Origin: the human T2T-CHM13v2.0 reference genome, Homo sapiens
Direction: 5' to 3' (one strand)
DNA length: 64,000 nucleotides
Assembly: GCF_009914755.1 (NCBI RefSeq)
Contig: NC_060933.1
Shown: positions 58,501-64,000 of the stretch, in pieces
Layout of the letters: each line of letters opens with the position of its first letter
How positions within the stretch are numbered: position 1 is the first letter of the stretch
Made by a program: the position numbers and the translations under genes
Notes under the pieces: generated by a model
What the model saw: only the letters and a program-made list of their open reading frames with translations
Told to the model about the DNA's origin: nothing
The model's database searches: none

Positions 58501-61193
58501 TTGGCATACAGTTGCTCACAGCAGCCTCTAATAATCCTTTGAATTTCTGTGGTATTTGTTGTAATGTCTTCTTTTTCATCTCTGCATCTCTGATCTTATT
58601 GATTTGGGTCTTTTTTTTTTTCTTAGTCCGGCTAAAGGTTTGTTGATTTTGTTTATCTTTTCAAAAAACAACTTTTCATTTTGTCAATCTTTTATATTGT
58701 TTTATTCATTTTAATTTTATTTTTGCTCCTATTTTTATTATTTCATTTCTTTGACTAATTTTGAGTTTGGTTTGCTCTTGCTTTTCCAGTTCTTTAAGAC
58801 GTATCATTGGGTTGTTTATTTGAAGTTTTCTATTTTTTTGATGTAGGCATTTATACCTATAAGCTTCCCTCTTAGTAATACTTTCACTGTATCCCATAGG
58901 TTTTGGTATGTTGTGTTTCCATTATCATTTGTTTCAAGAATTTTTTAAATTTCTTAATTAATTTAGTCATTGACCAACTTGTCATTCAGAAGCATGTTGT
59001 TTCATTTCCATGTGTTTATGTAGTTTGTAAAATTCCTCTTTTTATTAATTTCTAGTTTTATTCCATTGTGATCAGAGAAGATACTTGATATTATTTCAAA
59101 TCTTTAAAAATGTTTTAAGGCTTGTTTTGTGGCTTAATACATGGCCTATACTTGAGAAAGATCCATGTGCTGAGTAAAAGTATGTGTATTTAGTAGCCAT
59201 TGGATGAAATGTTCTATAAATATCTACTAGGTCCATTTGGTCTATGGTGCAGATTAAGTTCATTGTTTCTTTGTTGATTTTCTCTCTGGATGATCTGTCC
59301 AGTGCTGAAAGTGGGGTGTTGAAGCCTCTAGCTATTATTGTATTCAGGGTCTATCTACTTAGCTCTAATAATATTTGCTTTATCTAGCTGAGTGCTCCAG
59401 TTTTGGGCACATATATATTTACAATTGTTTCATCTTCTTGCTAAATTTACCTGTTTATCATTGTATAATGACCTTCTTTGTTTCTCTTTATAGTTTTTGT
59501 CTTGAAATTAATTTTGTCTGATACAGTATAGCTACTCTTGCTCATTTTTTGTTTCTTTTGGCATAGAATACCTTTTTCCATCCCTTTATTTTCAGTCTAT
59601 GTGTGCCTTTATAGGTGAAGCATATTTCTTGTAGGCAACAGATCATTGGGTCTTGTTTTTTATTCATTAAGCCACTGCATGTCTTTTAATTGGAGAGTTT
59701 AGTCCATTTACATTCAATATTATTATTAATAAGTAAGGACTTACTCCTGCCATTTTGTGACTTGTTTTCTGGTTGTTTTGTGGTCTTTTTTTCCTTCCTT
59801 CCTGTCTTCCTTTTAGTGAAGGTGATTTTCCCTGGTGGGATGATTTAATTTCTTGCTTTTTATTTTTCATGTATCCATTGTATGTTTCTTCATGTGGCTT
59901 GCAAATGATTTCTTATAACGCATTATTTTAAACTGATGACAACTTAACACTGATTGCATAAATAAACAAAGAGAAAACTCTACACTTTAATTTTCTCCCC
60001 CCATTTTTTAACTTTTTGTTGTTTCTATTTATATTTTATTGTACTGGATATGTCTTGAAAAGTTGTTGTAGTTACTATTTTGATCCAGTTCATCGTTTCA
60101 TCTTTCTACCTAGGATATGAGTAGCTTGCACAACACAATTAGTGTTATAACATTCTCTGCTTTTCTGTGTACTTACTATTACCAGTGAGTTTTGTACCTT
60201 CAGATGATTTCTTATTCCTCATTAACTTTTCCTTTCAGATTGAAGAACTCCTTTTAGCATTTCGTGTAGGACAGGTCTGGTGTTGATGAAATCCCTCGGG
60301 TTTGGTTTATCTGGAAAAGTATTTCTCCCTCATGTTTGAAGGATATTTTCACCAGATACACCACTCTAGCATAAGATTTTTTTTTTCCTTCAGCACTTCA
60401 AATATGCCATGCCACTGTCTCCAGGCCTGTAAGGTTTCCACTGAAAAGTCTGCTGCCAAATATATTGGAGTTCCATGGTATGTTATTTGTTTCTTCTTTC
60501 TTGCTGCTTTTAGGATCCTCTCTTTATCCTTGACCTTTGGGAGTTTAATTATTAAAATGATTTGAGATATTCTTCTTTAGGTTAAAACTGCTTGGTATTC
60601 TATAATCTTATAGAACTTCAATATTGATATCTTTCTTCTCTTGAGAGGTTCTCTGTTATTATCCCTTTGAATAAACTTTCTACCCCAATCTGTCTCTCTA
60701 CCTTCTTTTTAAGGTCAATAACTCTTAGATTTTGAGACTTTTGAGACTATATTCTAGATCTTGTAAGCATACTTCATTCTTTTTTATTCTTTTTTCTTTT
60801 GTGTCCTCTGACCGTATGTTTTCAAATAGCCTGTCTTCAAGCTCACTGATTCTTTCTTCTGCAGAATAAATTCTTCTATCAGGAAACTCTGATACATTCT
60901 TCAGTTTATCAATTGCATTTTTCAACTCCAGAATTTCTGCCAGATTCTCTTTATTTCAATCTTTTTGTTAAATTTATCTGATAGTATTTTAAATTCTTTC
61001 TCTGTGTTATCTTAGATTTCATTGAGTTTCCTCAAAACAGTTGTTTGAAATTATTTGTCTGAAAGGTCACATATCTCTTTCTCTCTGAGATTGGACCCTG
61101 ATGTCTTATTCAGTTCATTTGTTCAGGTCATGTTTTCCAAATATTCTTAATGCTCATGGATGTTTATTGGTGTCTGGCATTGAAGAATTAGGT
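55581..61193 (-). mobile_element. Long L1MA2-type LINE-1 (ORF1 region to 3'UTR), degenerate
   Basis: 3' end TAATTTTTGTGGTTACATAG...ATCAGGGTAAGTGGGG; minus-strand remnants of ORF2 ([43 protein letters not shown]) and ORF1. Confidence 0.92.
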
Positions 61194-61366
61194 GTCCTCA
61201 CATGGTGAAATAGTGGAACAGCAAAAGACTAGGCAGCTCTCATTAATCTCATTCATGAAGGTGGAACCCTCATGACTTCATCACTTCCCAAAAGGCCCCA
61301 TCTTATAATAGTATTACATTAGAGGAATATGAATTTTGGAGGGACACAAACATTCAAACCATAGCA
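61189..61366 (-). mobile_element. Partial 5' LTR of the same MST provirus
   Basis: Homologous to 54218-54406; ends CATTCAAACCATAGCA. Confidence 0.85.
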
Positions 61367-61729
61367 CACACTGATATAAGAATGCTTATGTAGATTTTTT
61401 AATAAATATGATGTTTTGTTGAAATTTGTACAGGATTCATAACATGAAAGATGTTTTTTATCTATATCTTTCTGCACATTCTATATAATAAAATATTTTC
61501 ATAGTACTTTATAATTTACAAGGAATATTTATATGTTTTCTCATTTGATCTTTAGTTTTTTCTTGAAAAACAAAAGAATCTTTATAGATAAGGAAGCATG
61601 GCTCAGACAGGTAAGGTGACTTATGTATGTCTTAGAACAATGCATGGAAGAAAAAGGATTTGAATTCTAGTATAATTCCAAGTCCAAAGTGTTTCCAAGC
61701 ACCTTCTAGATATCCGGCACTAGGAAGGG

Positions 61730-63010
61730 CAAGAGGAATAGAAAATTGAATGAGATATCAAGAAGCATACAATGTGGTGGGAAGATAAACAGAGAAGACA
61801 GTGTAAAGTAATTTGACAGAGGAATATACAGGATGTTATGGAAGCTCTGAGGAAAGGCTCAAATATCAGCTAAGAAACATGAGGAGGGCTTATAAACTGA
61901 GTCTTAAAGAATGACTGAGATTGAGCCACATAAAAGATAGAGAAAAATGGTGATGAATTACAGACAAGGGAAGAACATGAGCAAATATCTGTAGTCAGTC
62001 CTGCCTGGTTGGGGTGGTGGGGAATGTGAACTCCATGGAGTTCCTTGTTGCCAAAGCAGAAAGAGTCAAGTAGGAGGATTGATTGATGAGACAAAGACAT
62101 CTACAGATATTAGATCATGGAAGCCCTTATATGTGAAGAGCCTAGACATGTGTCTATAGATACCATTCAATTATTTAAATCCTTTAAGAATGAGCTTGGT
62201 GTAGTCAGATTTATATTTTATTAGATTATACTGACTATCCTATAAGGATAGACTGAAAGTAAACAGGAATGAAAGAAGGGAGACTTGTGTGAACGTCATT
62301 ACAGCAATCCAGGAGAGGGAGAGATGAGTCTTGACTTAATTTGGAATGATTGGCCATTGATATGATATGGCTGACAAGGGAAAAAGAGAAGTTGAGGATA
62401 AAACATCCTCCAAGTTTTAACCTGGTGCTTAGGCAAGGATGAATTACCAAATTCATGAAAAGGAGCTGGTTTGGGGACATGTTGTGTTTGAGGGGTGAGC
62501 TGGAGTGGTCTAGAAGGCAAATATCCAACTCTAAAACTCCCAACTCTAAAACTTAGAAAAAGGTGTGGATGAAAGAGAGATTCTCTCAAGTTAGTGACTT
62601 ATAAGTGTTAATAAAAGTTATGGAGGTGGAACACCTTACTTAAGGAGAACGTGAAACTGTGGGCAACTTTGGAGACTTCCAATCTGTAAGAGGAAAAGAA
62701 GCCTAAAAAGGACCAGAGATTAAAAAAAAAAACAGTGATAGAATTGTGACATATTACAAGAATCAGAAAAATTAGTGTCCTAGGTGCCAAGGAAATCCAG
62801 AGTTTCAAGACGGGAAAGAAATTAACAATGTCAAAGAGATTCAGTAAGATATGAACTGAAAAACACTTATTGGAATTGGCACTTCAGAAGCTGTTATTGA
62901 TTTTAGTGATATCTGTTTTAATGAAATGATTGGGACAAGAAGCTAAACTGCAGCCAATTGAGGAGTGTATGGGAGGTGAAAAAGTGGAGGCAGTGAGTGT
63001 AGGCAACTCT
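61730..63010 (-). mobile_element. L2, long antisense fragment
   Basis: Purine-rich antisense L2 motifs (TTTGGGGACATGTTGTGTTTGAGG, TGAGGAGTGTATGGGAGGTGA). Confidence 0.75.
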
Positions 63011-63521
63011 TCTGAAATATATGGATAGGATGCTACCTTGTTAGAGATGAACATAGCATAAAGGCAGTTATGTTTTTTGAAAGTTTTTTTTGAGGATGGG
63101 AAAAATTACTATTTTTATACCATGGGGGAGAAGGTTTTATATAAGAAAAAGGAGGTGATGACTGCGAGAATAAGTGTGGGTGTGGGAGAAAAAAGTGGCA
63201 TCAAGGAAACACATCCTCTGAGACTGAGAAAAGAAGAGGCAATAAATGGTAGGCTGCTGAAAGTTGAGAAATATGATGCCAGAGGCATAATTTTCTCAGT
63301 GGGGTAAAAGACACAATCTTCTGCCAGTAATGTGGGGTGTGGGGAGTTGAATGTGGAACTAAAGGAGAGTGATAGAGGTTCAGAGTTGCTAAGAAGAAAA
63401 GGATGCTCAATCATGGGGTCTAAAGAGGGAAAGGAATAAAGGCTGAGAAAATGCCAAGTGCCTAGAGGAAGCAAATGCATGAGAAAACTAGAAGGTAGAG
63501 GGAAGTTGAAGACTTCAGAGG

Positions 63522-63918
63522 TGTCTTGGTATACTTTGTGCTGCTACAACAAAATACCCCAGACTAGGTAATTTTATAATGAACAGAAATGTATTGGCTC
63601 ATCATTCTGGAGGCTGGAAAGCAAGGGGCCATGTCTGATAAGGGCCTTCTTGCTGCATCATCCCATGAAAGAAGAGCAAAGAGAGGGCAAGAGAGAGGGA
63701 GAGAAGGGGGCCAAGCTTGTCCTTTTATGATGAACTCACTCATGTGATAATAAACCCACTTCTATACTAATGCAGAATGCATTAATCGATTCATGAGGGT
63801 AGAGCCCTCATGGCCTAATCACTTCTCATTAGGCCCCACCTTTTAACATTGTGGCATTGGGGATTAAGTTTCCAGCATATGCTTTTTTGGGGGTACGGGA
63901 GTGCTTCAAACCACAGCA
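63522..63918 (-). mobile_element. MSTB-type MaLR solo LTR
   Basis: TGTCTTGG...TGCTGCTACAACAAAATACC...TTCAAACCACAGCA; GAGG on both flanks. Confidence 0.88.
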
Positions 63919-64000
63919 GAGGACTACTCTTAGGAAATGGCCCTTGAGTATATGACTTAAATTGAGGCAAGATTGTCTCTAGAAATAAGAAGTTTCGGAA

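Noticed and set aside
62526-62554. 15-bp tandem duplication CCAACTCTAAAACT
   Set aside because: Ordinary slippage duplication inside an L2

Overview
Primate (human-like) genomic DNA: AT-rich, CpG-depleted, dominated by interspersed repeats, with no recognisable host protein-coding exon, RNA gene or CRISPR array. It looks intronic or intergenic. The largest element is a full-length L1PA2-type LINE-1 (8400-14405, 15-bp TSD). Its ORF1 and ORF2 are disrupted, but the antisense ORF0 is intact. There is also a two-LTR MST-class MaLR provirus (54056-61366) split by a long L1MA2-type element that appears to carry a 3' transduction, plus about 10 Alus, solo MaLR/ERVL LTRs, L2/MIR/L3 relics and hAT/Mariner MITEs. 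The most notable unexplained structure is a set of palindromes: a perfect spacer-less 42-bp palindrome with a (TTAA)4 core (25915-25956), a ~114-bp hairpin carrying two RFX X-box-like motifs (41072-41185), a MADE1/miR-548-type hairpin (50706-50793) and a 28-bp near-perfect palindrome (53559-53586). Two well-formed minus-strand candidate exons downstream of the L1 antisense promoter would splice in frame to ORF0. Repeat subfamily names come from recalled consensus sequences, and the boundaries of old repeats are approximate.
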